This document shows positions 27,284 through 36,200 of a DNA stretch of 64,000 nucleotides, in pieces. The stretch is from an uncultured bacterium. GTDB lineage: Bacteria; Arandabacterota; Arandabacteria; Arandabacterales; Arandabacteraceae. Below the pieces are notes generated by a model. The model saw only the letters and a program-made list of their open reading frames with translations, did not search any database and was not told the origin of the DNA. Every line of letters starts with the position of its first letter. Positions within the stretch are counted from its first letter, which is position 1. The position numbers were made by a program, and so were the translations under genes. The stretch spans positions 2,974 through 66,973 of the forward strand of contig CAYHHI010000013.1 of the NCBI GenBank assembly GCA_964356335.1. Direction: 5' to 3'.

Positions 27284-28267
27284 TCAGCTATTGGCGGACA
27301 GGTCGCGATGCTTGAGGTGGGAATAGATGCTCTGGCGCACCTTGGCCTTGACGCTCTCGAGATCTCCCTCTATTCGGAAGCCTGCGGCGGCCGCGTGTCC
27401 TCCGCCCCCAAAGACCTTCGCCACCGCGTCAACGTCATAACCCTCAGCCGCCCTCAGGCTTACTCTGAAGCAACCCTCGCTGGTTTCCCTCAAAAACACT
27501 CCAACTGCGACACCATTGATTGACCGCGGGTAGTTTGCAAGGCCTTCGGTATCCACAGCCGACGCTCCGGCAGCACGGTACATGTCGCGCGTTACCTGCA
27601 TCATCGCAATCTTGCCGTCATCCGTCACCTCGATAGAGGAAAGCGTATTGCCGAGTATCTTCAATGACGCGAGAGACTTCTTCCAGTAGATCTCCGACGC
27701 CGCGTGATACGGCCTCACGCCCAGGTCAAGCAGGTGAGCCGCGATCTTCAAGGTGCCAGCGGTCGTACTCGGGAACCGGAAACAGCCCGTATCACTCAAG
27801 ATTGCCACATAGAGCGCCTCGGCCTCGCTCTTCACCAACCCGGCCCCGAGCTCATCCAAGACCTTGTAAACGATCTCGCCGCAAGCCCCGGCCGACATAT
27901 CGACGATGTTGATGTCTCCGAAATAGGTGTTTGACATATGGTGATCTATGTTCACAACCGTCCGACACTGCTTCACGACCTCGCCAACCCAGCCCGTCCG
28001 ATCAAGCCCACCCGAATCCACGACGACCGCCACGTCACAGGGGTCGGCACGCGAGGTAAGGACTTCGCTCGCTCCTTCAAGAAAAGTGTACGATGGCGGG
28101 ACGCCATCTTCGGATAACACTTTAACTGTTTTGTTTAACCTCTTTAGAACAGAGAACATAGCAAGCGCACACCCGATCGCATCACCGTCAGGATCGATGT
28201 GTGAAGTCACTATGAAAGATTGCGAATTCCTGATGAGATCAGATAGGGTCTTGTAGGCCTGGGTCAT
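27284..28267 (-). CDS. nrnA: DHH/DHHA1 phosphoesterase (NrnA-like nanoRNase/pAp phosphatase)
   Basis: SHIDPDGDAIG, DHH motif (NIDHH), a DHHA1 C-terminus with GGGH. Confidence 0.8.
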   Translation of the reverse strand: MTQAYKTLSDLIRNSQSFIVTSHIDPDGDAIGCALAMFSVLKRLNKTVKVLSEDGVPPSYTFLEGASEVLTSRADPCDVAVVVDSGGLDRTGWVGEVVKQCRTVVNIDHHMSNTYFGDINIVDMSAGACGEIVYKVLDELGAGLVKSEAEALYVAILSDTGCFRFPSTTAGTLKIAAHLLDLGVRPYHAASEIYWKKSLASLKILGNTLSSIEVTDDGKIAMMQVTRDMYRAAGASAVDTEGLANYPRSINGVAVGVFLRETSEGCFRVSLRAAEGYDVDAVAKVFGGGGHAAAAGFRIEGDLESVKAKVRQSIYSHLKHRDLSANS

Positions 28268-28619
28268 CCCTGCTTTCCTTGAGGTGTTTCAATATCGAAT
28301 CGATCCGCGCACCTTTTGTGCATGAGTCATCATGATGGAATCTTATCTCGGGGATATGTCTTATTTGAAGCCTCTTCGCAAGCTCAGATCTTATGAAGCT
28401 CGCGGCACCACCGAGGCATGCGATGCTCCTCTCAATATCCTCGGGGCTTCCCATAACACTGACATATATGCTTGCATAACTGAGATCTGCACTCACCTTC
28501 ACGCCGGTCAGAGTGACGAAGCCGATCCTGGGATCTCGGAGCTTGCGCGATATGATCTCGCTGACTTCTTCCTGTATCTGGGCGCACAGTCTGTCCAGTC
28601 TTCTCGTCTGCAAGATCAC
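28239..28619 (-). CDS. rbfA: ribosome-binding factor A
   Basis: RRLDRLCAQIQEEVSEIISRKLRDPRIGFVTLTGVKVSADLSYASIYVSVMG; overlaps nrnA by 29 nt. Confidence 0.85.
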   Translation of the reverse strand: MILQTRRLDRLCAQIQEEVSEIISRKLRDPRIGFVTLTGVKVSADLSYASIYVSVMGSPEDIERSIACLGGAASFIRSELAKRLQIRHIPEIRFHHDDSCTKGARIDSILKHLKESRDDPGLQDPI

Positions 28620-28903
28620 CTGACCTCGAAGTCTGTCTCCACATCGATCACACTTATGTCCCTGTCAGACTCGATCAGCCCGACAACATTCGATATCACT
28701 TGGTTGGCGAACTTGCTGTCCTTCGAGACCGTCGCTATGCCAAGCGTAGAGCGCTGCCACAGATCACAATCGTCCACCTCGGCTATCGCGACATTGAATT
28801 TGTTCTTCACCTTGTCCTTGAGCCTTCGCAGGACAAGCCTTTTAGCTTTGAGTGATCCGCCATCGGGAATATGCAGCGTGATCCTGCAGGTTCCTACGAC
28901 CAA
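28616..28903 (-). CDS. DUF503 family protein (YlxP-like)
   Basis: 95 aa; ITLHIPDGGSLKAKRLVLRRLKDKV pattern; conserved position between infB and rbfA. Confidence 0.7.
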   Translation of the reverse strand: MVVGTCRITLHIPDGGSLKAKRLVLRRLKDKVKNKFNVAIAEVDDCDLWQRSTLGIATVSKDSKFANQVISNVVGLIESDRDISVIDVETDFEVR

Positions 28904-28912
28904 CTCGCGCTC

Positions 28913-31054
28913 CTACGTCCTCTTCACCTCTTCGAGGACGTACGCCTGAAGGATGTCACCCTCTCTCATATCGGTGAAGCCTTCAAGCCCAATGCCGCAC
29001 TCGTATCCCTGAGTGACCTGCCTGGCGTCGTCCTTAAAGCGCTTGAGTGAGGAGATCTTGCCTTCGAAGACCTTCTCGCCAACCCTCAACACTCTGACGA
29101 AGCAGTTCCTCGTCATCGTGCCTTCAGTCACATATGTGCCTGCTATCGTACCTACACGCTTTATCGCGAAGACCTTCCTGACTTCCGCGCTGCCCATTAC
29201 CTTCTCTTCGATCACGGGACCGAGCAGTCCCTCCATGGCAGCCTGGATGTCTTTGGTGACTTCGTAAATGATGTCGTAGTTTCTCACATCGACCTGTTCA
29301 CGTTTCGCTATCTCCCGGGCCTTCGGGAGTATGCCCACGTGGAAGCCGATGACGATTGCATCTGATGCCGCAGCCAGAAGAACGTCCGACTCGTTCACCG
29401 GGCCCACGCCCCTGTGAATCGTCTTGATCGTCACCTTATCCGAGCCGAGCTTCTGGAGCGCATCGCTCAAGGCCTCGACCGATCCATCCACATCTCCCTT
29501 GGTGACCACTCTCAATTCCTTGATCTCGCCGGTCTGGATCCTGGCATAAAGCTCCTGGAGGCTTATGTGTACCGTCTTGCGTAGATCTTTCTCGCGCTGG
29601 AGAAGCTGTCTCTTTGTCGCAATCTCTCGTGCCTCTCTATCGTCCCGTGTAACCATGAAGGAATCACCGGCCTGGGGAACACCCTGACACCCAAGGACTT
29701 CCACTGGCGACGAAGGATGAGCAAGATTCACGATCTTGCGGCGCTCGTTGAACATGGCCCGCACCTTCCCCGCCCATATGCCTCCGACGAAGGGGTCACC
29801 GAGGTTGAGCTCGCCCTTCTGGCTCAACATGGTTATCACTATGCCCCGGCCCTGTTCCACTCTTGACTCGATCACCACGCCGCTTGCTCTGCCTTCCTGC
29901 GGTGCCTTGAGATCCAGCATCTCAGCCTGCAAAAGGATCATCTCGAGCAAACGCTGGACCCCGTCACCCCTCTTGGCGGAGACAGGCACCATCAAGACAT
30001 TTCCACCCCATTCGTCGGGTGTGAGGCCATTGGATGCCAACTCATGCTTTATCCTGTCCACATTTGCATCGGGGAGATCAATCTTGTTGATGGCGACAAT
30101 GATGGGGACCTCGGCAGCTTTTGCATGGTCAATCGCCTCAACGGTCTGAGGCATGACGCGTTCGTTTGCAGCGACCACAAGCACCACGATATCTGTGGCC
30201 TGGGCGCCTCGCGCCCTCATCGCCGTGAAGGCCTCGTGGCCCGGCGTATCGAGAAAGGTTATCTTCCCTCCGGTGGTCTCGACCTCGTAAGCTCCAATGT
30301 GCTGGGTTATGCCGCCTGACTCGCCGGCCACAACGTTGCTTCTCCTGACATAATCGAGGAGCGAGGTCTTGCCATGGTCAACATGGCCCATTATGGTCAC
30401 AACGGGATGCCTCCGGGTCTCAGGTACTTCCTCCTCTTCCCCGATTTCTGCCCCGTATTCCTTTATGAACTCGACCCCATAGTCAAACTCGTCCGCAATG
30501 GCCTCTATGGTATCGGCATCAAGCCTCTGGTTTATGGTTGCCATCACTCCCATTCTCATGCAGCAAGTGACAACCTCAGCGGACTTGACCCCCAGCACCG
30601 AAGCGAGCTCCCCCACGGAGATGAATTCTGTGACTCTGATCACCTTTGCTTCTTCTTCCGCAAGTTCCTCTTCTTGCGCAGATTTCCTCTTCCGCCGCTT
30701 CGCTCTCTTGCCTTCGATCTCCGCAAGGGTCTTCCTCACGCTTTCCTTAACCGATTTTTCATTTACGCGACGCCTGAGACCCACACGTTTGGGAGGTTCA
30801 ACCACCTTCTCTTGAGGCTTCGGCTTGACTTCGACTTCTTCGACAATCAGTTTCTTCCGTGCCTCTTCCCTCTTGACTTCCTCTTTCTTGAGTCTGAGCT
30901 TCTCGCGCAGGGCTACTATCGTCTCATCCTCGATGGCGCTCATGTGGCTCTTTACCTTGAGGCCCATACCTCTCAGCATTTCAAGGAGAGCTTCACTTGA
31001 GAGGTTGAAATCTCGTGCAATTTGATAGATTCGCTTCCTAGCCAATGGCACCAC
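28913..31054 (-). CDS. infB: translation initiation factor IF-2
   Basis: 713 aa, G domain ([24 protein letters not shown]), a charged N-terminal region and C-terminal beta-barrels. Confidence 0.95.
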   Translation of the reverse strand: MVPLARKRIYQIARDFNLSSEALLEMLRGMGLKVKSHMSAIEDETIVALREKLRLKKEEVKREEARKKLIVEEVEVKPKPQEKVVEPPKRVGLRRRVNEKSVKESVRKTLAEIEGKRAKRRKRKSAQEEELAEEEAKVIRVTEFISVGELASVLGVKSAEVVTCCMRMGVMATINQRLDADTIEAIADEFDYGVEFIKEYGAEIGEEEEVPETRRHPVVTIMGHVDHGKTSLLDYVRRSNVVAGESGGITQHIGAYEVETTGGKITFLDTPGHEAFTAMRARGAQATDIVVLVVAANERVMPQTVEAIDHAKAAEVPIIVAINKIDLPDANVDRIKHELASNGLTPDEWGGNVLMVPVSAKRGDGVQRLLEMILLQAEMLDLKAPQEGRASGVVIESRVEQGRGIVITMLSQKGELNLGDPFVGGIWAGKVRAMFNERRKIVNLAHPSSPVEVLGCQGVPQAGDSFMVTRDDREAREIATKRQLLQREKDLRKTVHISLQELYARIQTGEIKELRVVTKGDVDGSVEALSDALQKLGSDKVTIKTIHRGVGPVNESDVLLAAASDAIVIGFHVGILPKAREIAKREQVDVRNYDIIYEVTKDIQAAMEGLLGPVIEEKVMGSAEVRKVFAIKRVGTIAGTYVTEGTMTRNCFVRVLRVGEKVFEGKISSLKRFKDDARQVTQGYECGIGLEGFTDMREGDILQAYVLEEVKRT

Positions 31055-31361
31055 CTCCGCTCACTCGATCGGATACGTGCCTCTCGCCCGTTCCACCACC
31101 ACCGCCCTCTGTTTCCATTATCACTTGCCTGAGCGCGGCAAACGCCGAATCACACGGTCGCATTGCCACAAGCCCTTTAAGGTTCCTCCGTTTAAGTGCC
31201 TTCTCGAGACAAGCCGCACTCCTACAGAGATAGAGGCCGCGTCCGCTCGCATTGCCGAGCCCGATGCCCTTGTCGCTTATGACGAAGCGCACAAGGCGAC
31301 CCTTGGGAAACCTCTCAAAACAACCCACGCATGTTCTTATGGCAATGTGCTCGCCCCTCAA
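31038..31361 (-). CDS. ylxR: YlxR/RnpM family (DUF448) RNA-binding protein
   Basis: RTCVGCFERFPKGRLVRFV...GRGLYLC; sits between nusA and infB. Confidence 0.7.
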   Translation of the reverse strand: MRGEHIAIRTCVGCFERFPKGRLVRFVISDKGIGLGNASGRGLYLCRSAACLEKALKRRNLKGLVAMRPCDSAFAALRQVIMETEGGGGGTGERHVSDRVSGGGAIG

Positions 31362-32716
31362 GATGCTTCTCCCTTCGACTCCGTCCCCTTTGCCTCGGCC
31401 TCCCCGGGCGCGGCCTTGCCCGCCTCACCCTCCTCGGCCGGCTTCGCGGCTCTGAACTTCTCCCTGATCTCCGCGATCCTCGACTTGGCAACCTCAATCA
31501 CTGCCCTGGCCTTCTCCTCGCCAACGCCCTCAAGGCCCGCGAGCTCACCCACATCGGCCTTGCTGACATCCTCAGCGGTCTCATATCCGGCCCCGACAAG
31601 CTTAGCGCGGACTTCATCATCCAGACCGCCGAGCTCCGAAACAGGTATCCTCGCCATCTTCCGAAACTCCAGCCGCTCGGCATACTGGGACTCGTTTATC
31701 AGGTCTATCCTGAGATTGGTCAGTTTGGCAGCAAGTCTCGCATTCTGCCCACCCTTACCGATAGCAAGCGAAAGCTGATCATCAGATACCACGACTGTGG
31801 CCCTGTTATCTTTATCATCCATCTCAGCATGCACAACCTTCGCAGGGCTCAGGGCTCTTGTGACGAACACCATCGAATCGTCGTTCCAGAGAACCACGTC
31901 GATCCGCTCCCCACCCAGCTCGCGCACCACTGACTGGACTCTCGATCCTTTCATGCCCACGCAGGCCCCTACTGCATCAACCTTATCATCCTTTGAGAAG
32001 ACCGCGATCTTGGATCTTGAGCCGGGCTCCCTGGCAACAGCCTTTATCTCGACGATGCCGCTATCGATCTCCGGCACTTCCATCGTGAAGAGCTTCTTCA
32101 TGAAATCGCTGTGGCTTCGCGAGAGCACGATCTGCGGACCCTTTGCGGCCCTGGAAACTTCTATGATATAGGCCTTGATGCTATTGCCTTGCCTGAATTG
32201 CTCTCTCGGTATCTGTTCTCGCTGGAGCAGAATGGCTTCGGTCTTGCCGACATTGACGATTATGTTGCCCCTGTCAATCTGCTGGACGCCCCCGGTTACA
32301 ACCTCCCCTATTCGCTTCTCATACTCCCTGAAGACTCTGTCTCGCTCCGCCTCCCGGATTCTCTGGATCACGACCTGCTTGGCAGCCTGGATTGCGTTTC
32401 GCCCGAAGTGTTCGGGTGGAATCTCGATCCTTACTTCCTGGCCGACTGCCGCATCCGGCGAGATCTCAAGGGCTTCGGCGAGGCAGATCTGCGTCTGAGG
32501 GTCTTCGACCTTCTCAACCACGTTCTTGGAACAGTACACCTGAAGACGCCCAAGATTCTCGTCTATCTCGGCCACAATGTTGCTCGAGGCCCCGTACTTC
32601 TTTCTTGCAGCGCTGACCAAAGCAGCCTGAAGCGTCTCGATGATGAGGTTCTCATCAACATCCTTTTCCCTAGCAATCTGCTTCAGTGCCTGGATGATTT
32701 CGAAGCTCATGTCCAT
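31358..32716 (-). CDS. nusA: transcription termination/antitermination factor NusA
   Basis: N-terminal domain, S1, two KH domains and a C-terminal acidic repeat region; 452 aa. Confidence 0.95.
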   Translation of the reverse strand: MDMSFEIIQALKQIAREKDVDENLIIETLQAALVSAARKKYGASSNIVAEIDENLGRLQVYCSKNVVEKVEDPQTQICLAEALEISPDAAVGQEVRIEIPPEHFGRNAIQAAKQVVIQRIREAERDRVFREYEKRIGEVVTGGVQQIDRGNIIVNVGKTEAILLQREQIPREQFRQGNSIKAYIIEVSRAAKGPQIVLSRSHSDFMKKLFTMEVPEIDSGIVEIKAVAREPGSRSKIAVFSKDDKVDAVGACVGMKGSRVQSVVRELGGERIDVVLWNDDSMVFVTRALSPAKVVHAEMDDKDNRATVVVSDDQLSLAIGKGGQNARLAAKLTNLRIDLINESQYAERLEFRKMARIPVSELGGLDDEVRAKLVGAGYETAEDVSKADVGELAGLEGVGEEKARAVIEVAKSRIAEIREKFRAAKPAEEGEAGKAAPGEAEAKGTESKGEAS

Positions 32717-32731
32717 ACGTACAGCCTTCTC

Positions 32732-33208
32732 TCAGATCGAAAGGTTAGCGCCCAGGATATCGGCAAACCGGACGCTTACTTCGGCTCTACCCTCCGGCTC
32801 AAGCACAAGCACATCGTCCTTGAAGCTTCCTATCGTGCCAACCAGATCCGCCACATACCCACCACCTTCTCTGAACCTGATCTTGGCTTTCCTCCCTACG
32901 AAACACTGAAAATCCTCTCTGGTCCTAAGTTTCCTCTCGGCACCGGGAGAGGAGACCTCCAAATAGTACTTGCACGCGAGGAGATCATGCTGGTCGAGCT
33001 CGGCGCTGAGGGCTTTACTCGCCCTTGCGCAATCATCAAGCGTGACGCCACCCCTTCGGTCAATGAACACCCTTAAGGTCCGCCTCCCATGCGACCCCAC
33101 CAGAACCACTTCCACCACGTGATAGCCGAGCCGATCCAATACAGGCAAAACGATATTTCTGATTTTTTCCAGTAACTCGGCCCCGCCCACCGGAGAGCCT
33201 CCCTGCAC
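32732..33208 (-). CDS. rimP: ribosome maturation factor RimP
   Basis: LLEKIRNIVLPVLDRLGYHVVEVVLVGSHGRRTLRVFIDR pattern; GTG start; leads the nusA-infB operon. Confidence 0.85.
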   Translation of the reverse strand: MQGGSPVGGAELLEKIRNIVLPVLDRLGYHVVEVVLVGSHGRRTLRVFIDRRGGVTLDDCARASKALSAELDQHDLLACKYYLEVSSPGAERKLRTREDFQCFVGRKAKIRFREGGGYVADLVGTIGSFKDDVLVLEPEGRAEVSVRFADILGANLSI

Positions 33209-33221
33209 ATAGAAACTTTAA

Positions 33222-33240
33222 GAGTGGGCTTTGCCCACTC
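33222..33240 (-). terminator. short stem-loop between the giant gene and rimP (candidate terminator/attenuator)
   Basis: GAGTGGGC (33222-33229) / GCCCACTC (33233-33240) is an 8-bp perfect stem with a 3-nt loop. On the minus strand it is followed by UUAAAGUUUCU. It lies 46 nt after the giant gene stop and 14 nt before the rimP start. Confidence 0.35.
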
Positions 33241-33285
33241 ATGGACAAACTTACAATAGGGCCGATTGGAATGCAAGCAAAAACA

Positions 33286-36200
33286 TTAGAAGCGGATGAG
33301 GACGGAAACGCTCAGACCAATGGTTCTCCAGGTCTGTTCGAGCTTGCGGTCGGTGGTCTGCTCGAAGCGTGCATCGGCGGAGCCTGTGACGCTGGTGCTG
33401 AAGCTATAGCTTGCTTTGGGACTGATGGTAAATGTCCTCGTGCTGCTGTCTATCCTGTTCTTGAACGAAGGTGTGGTGCCCACACGTGACTCGAAGGACA
33501 AGTCCAGAGATACTGTGAGGCTGCTCTTGAACTTCAATGTCCTGCCAGCGAGCGGGATGTACATGCCTTCCGGAGCGCTGAAGGAATGTCTCAGCGAGAA
33601 GTTAGCGGAATTTGAGACGAACTTCTTCTCGCTTCCAGTACCCTTAGTGTCCTCAGTGGTGTTACTGCTACGCCGGAGATTGAAGGTCGTCCGCACACCG
33701 TTCTTCCACGTTGCATCCCAGCCGATGACCGGCAGCCACTCCGACCGGTGCCCGCGATTGGTCTCTGTGGCACCCACGCCACTCGCCTGCCTCGACCGCT
33801 TGTAGCCCACCGTGATCGAGGAAGTCTTTACGGCTCCCCTGAAAAGCGGCAGATAGACCGTCGAAGAGATGTTGCCGGCAACATCAGGCCAGACGGTTTG
33901 CCTGTCAAAGGTTGTCGCACCGGCATAGGTCCTCGTTTTCTTGTCATGCTTGTACTTGGTGGTCAGGGAAACTGTCTCGACAGGCTTGAATTCCGTGGAA
34001 ACGTCGTAGCCGTCATTCCTCGTGATCTCATCAGTGGGCAGTCCGGCTCCGCCTGACGTTCCTGCGCCCGAGGGCCTCAGGATAGCGTCCTTATCCACCT
34101 GAGGATCTATTCCGAGTTGAAACCTCAAACCCGGCCGTTTCATAAGCTTGTTGTATCTGGAGCTTCTGTCAACGAAGTAGCCGACATCGATATCTGGAAT
34201 CATGGCAAGGACTCGCCTGTAAATGGGCACTCCGGTTGTATCGGCTCCCTTTTGCGGGGCAGACAAGAACGAAGAAGGCTGAAGCAGGAGATCAATGCTC
34301 GACCTGCTTGAGACGGATGCTCGTCTGACCCCTGGCGGATCATTCGCCGAGCGCACGGAAGGATCGGAATTCTCATCATAGTTGACGTCATAACTCACGG
34401 ATGGTTTGAGTATCTTGCCTATGGTAGGCCTCAGGGTGGCACCCGCTCTCTGGTTCCGATTGAGTTCCCATCCCAGACCGACGCTTGACAGTATCGGCAC
34501 CTGCTTGTTTTGATCGAGGTCCCGCATGGTCTTCAGGCTGTAGTCAGTCTCCAGCGAAGGACCGGTGAGAGGTTTGACCGAAATGGCAAAGTTACCTCTG
34601 ATCTCCCTCGTGTACTGGTTTTTCTTCATAATCTTCTGGCGCTTGTCGAACTCCTTTTCGGTCTTTGTCCAACCGGAAACGGCGAAATCCATACCTTCAG
34701 GAAAATAGGATATTGCATAGCCCCTGTAGATTCTCAGTGAATGGTTCCACCAGGGCTTGAAGGCGTAAGCAAGATTCCCATTGTAGCCGTTTGAGGCGGC
34801 ATCCGACTCGGGTGACTTTCCCTGCCTGCGTGCAAAGGACACCCTTCCGGAAAGGGCGTCGAAGGTAAGCTTCATGAGCAGGTTGTTCGATTTCTGCCTC
34901 CGAGAGAAGGCCAGACTGTAGTTGTTATCGACCGACGTTCGCTCCTCTTTTTTTCGCTGCTGCGGCGTCGTAAGAGCGACATCGGACCGGCTGCTCAGAG
35001 TGGGCAACGACCGGGCAGTGTGATAACCCACCGAGAACGGCAGGGACATCCCGAGTGGGGGAAGGAATCTGTCAAGTGAGGTGGATCCTGATAGGGAGAG
35101 ATCGGTATCATCAGATCCTCTTCTGGTGCCCCCGAGGTTCTGAAATTCGGTGTCGGTCTGCTTGAGATCGGCACTGACGCTCATCACATCCGACAAGGCC
35201 GCCCCCACCGAGATTCGCTTTGCAACCCCCATCTCACGGCGCACATCAGTCAGTCTCAGATCATCAAACCAGACTTCAACCGCAGTGTCGCTCGTTGGAG
35301 CTGTCCCGCGGTTCACCACACCCGCGCCGATCCGCGATACCCTCGTTATGGAAGGCTCACCATAGACTGCGATCCAGGTGGCTTCAGTCAGGGGCCTCTC
35401 CCTCCTCAAAACCGGCTTGCCATAGAGGGTGACCGTCGTCGTATCCATGCTTGTCTTGAGGTTGGTTATCTCATCAAGCTTCAACCGGACGTCACTCCAG
35501 CCAGGGGTCACCTTCATGCCGTATTCGTAGAAGTTGATACTGTCCGCACCTATCCTCAGGAAGAAGCTCAGATCTTCAGCGGATGCATTCGGGTCGCCAT
35601 GGACATAAAACGCGAGGGTATGGTAGAGGGTGTAGTCACCGGCATTTCCCGGCAAGGTCTTGTAAACCGACCCGCAGTTTCCCGCTTCGAGGTTCCGGAG
35701 GCCGAATACCAGCGACTGCTCCCGCTTCTTGTAGCCCTCAGGATCTGTACCGGGATCATAGGGTGGATCATAACTCGGGTCATCTCGCGTGTTCTTGGCT
35801 GATATTTCAAAGGACTCTCGGGGAAGCCGCTCGACGCGGGCCATGTCTTCCTTCCTGCGTATTCCCTCCTCGAGCCAACTCGCGCCCGAGATTTGCAGGT
35901 AGGCTAGCTGGAAGACTGAAGGTGTATCGACGCCGGTGAAGAAGAAGCGGACATATCTTATTGATTTCCAGCTGGGCGAGCCGCCGAGCGCGTCCGCATC
36001 GGCCAAAGGAATCATGTAGTGGCACCAATCCCCCGAACGCCCCACAATGTAAGTGGTGTCGGAGAGGTCAAAACCTAGTCTAAAGAGGACCTCGTCTTTG
36101 TCGAGGTTCCCATTACCGTCAATGTCTTCGGTATCGGGTACCAAATTGGGGTCGCCCTCGGTGCCGTTTATGTGGGAGTAGTCTCCTTCACTGTAAGACC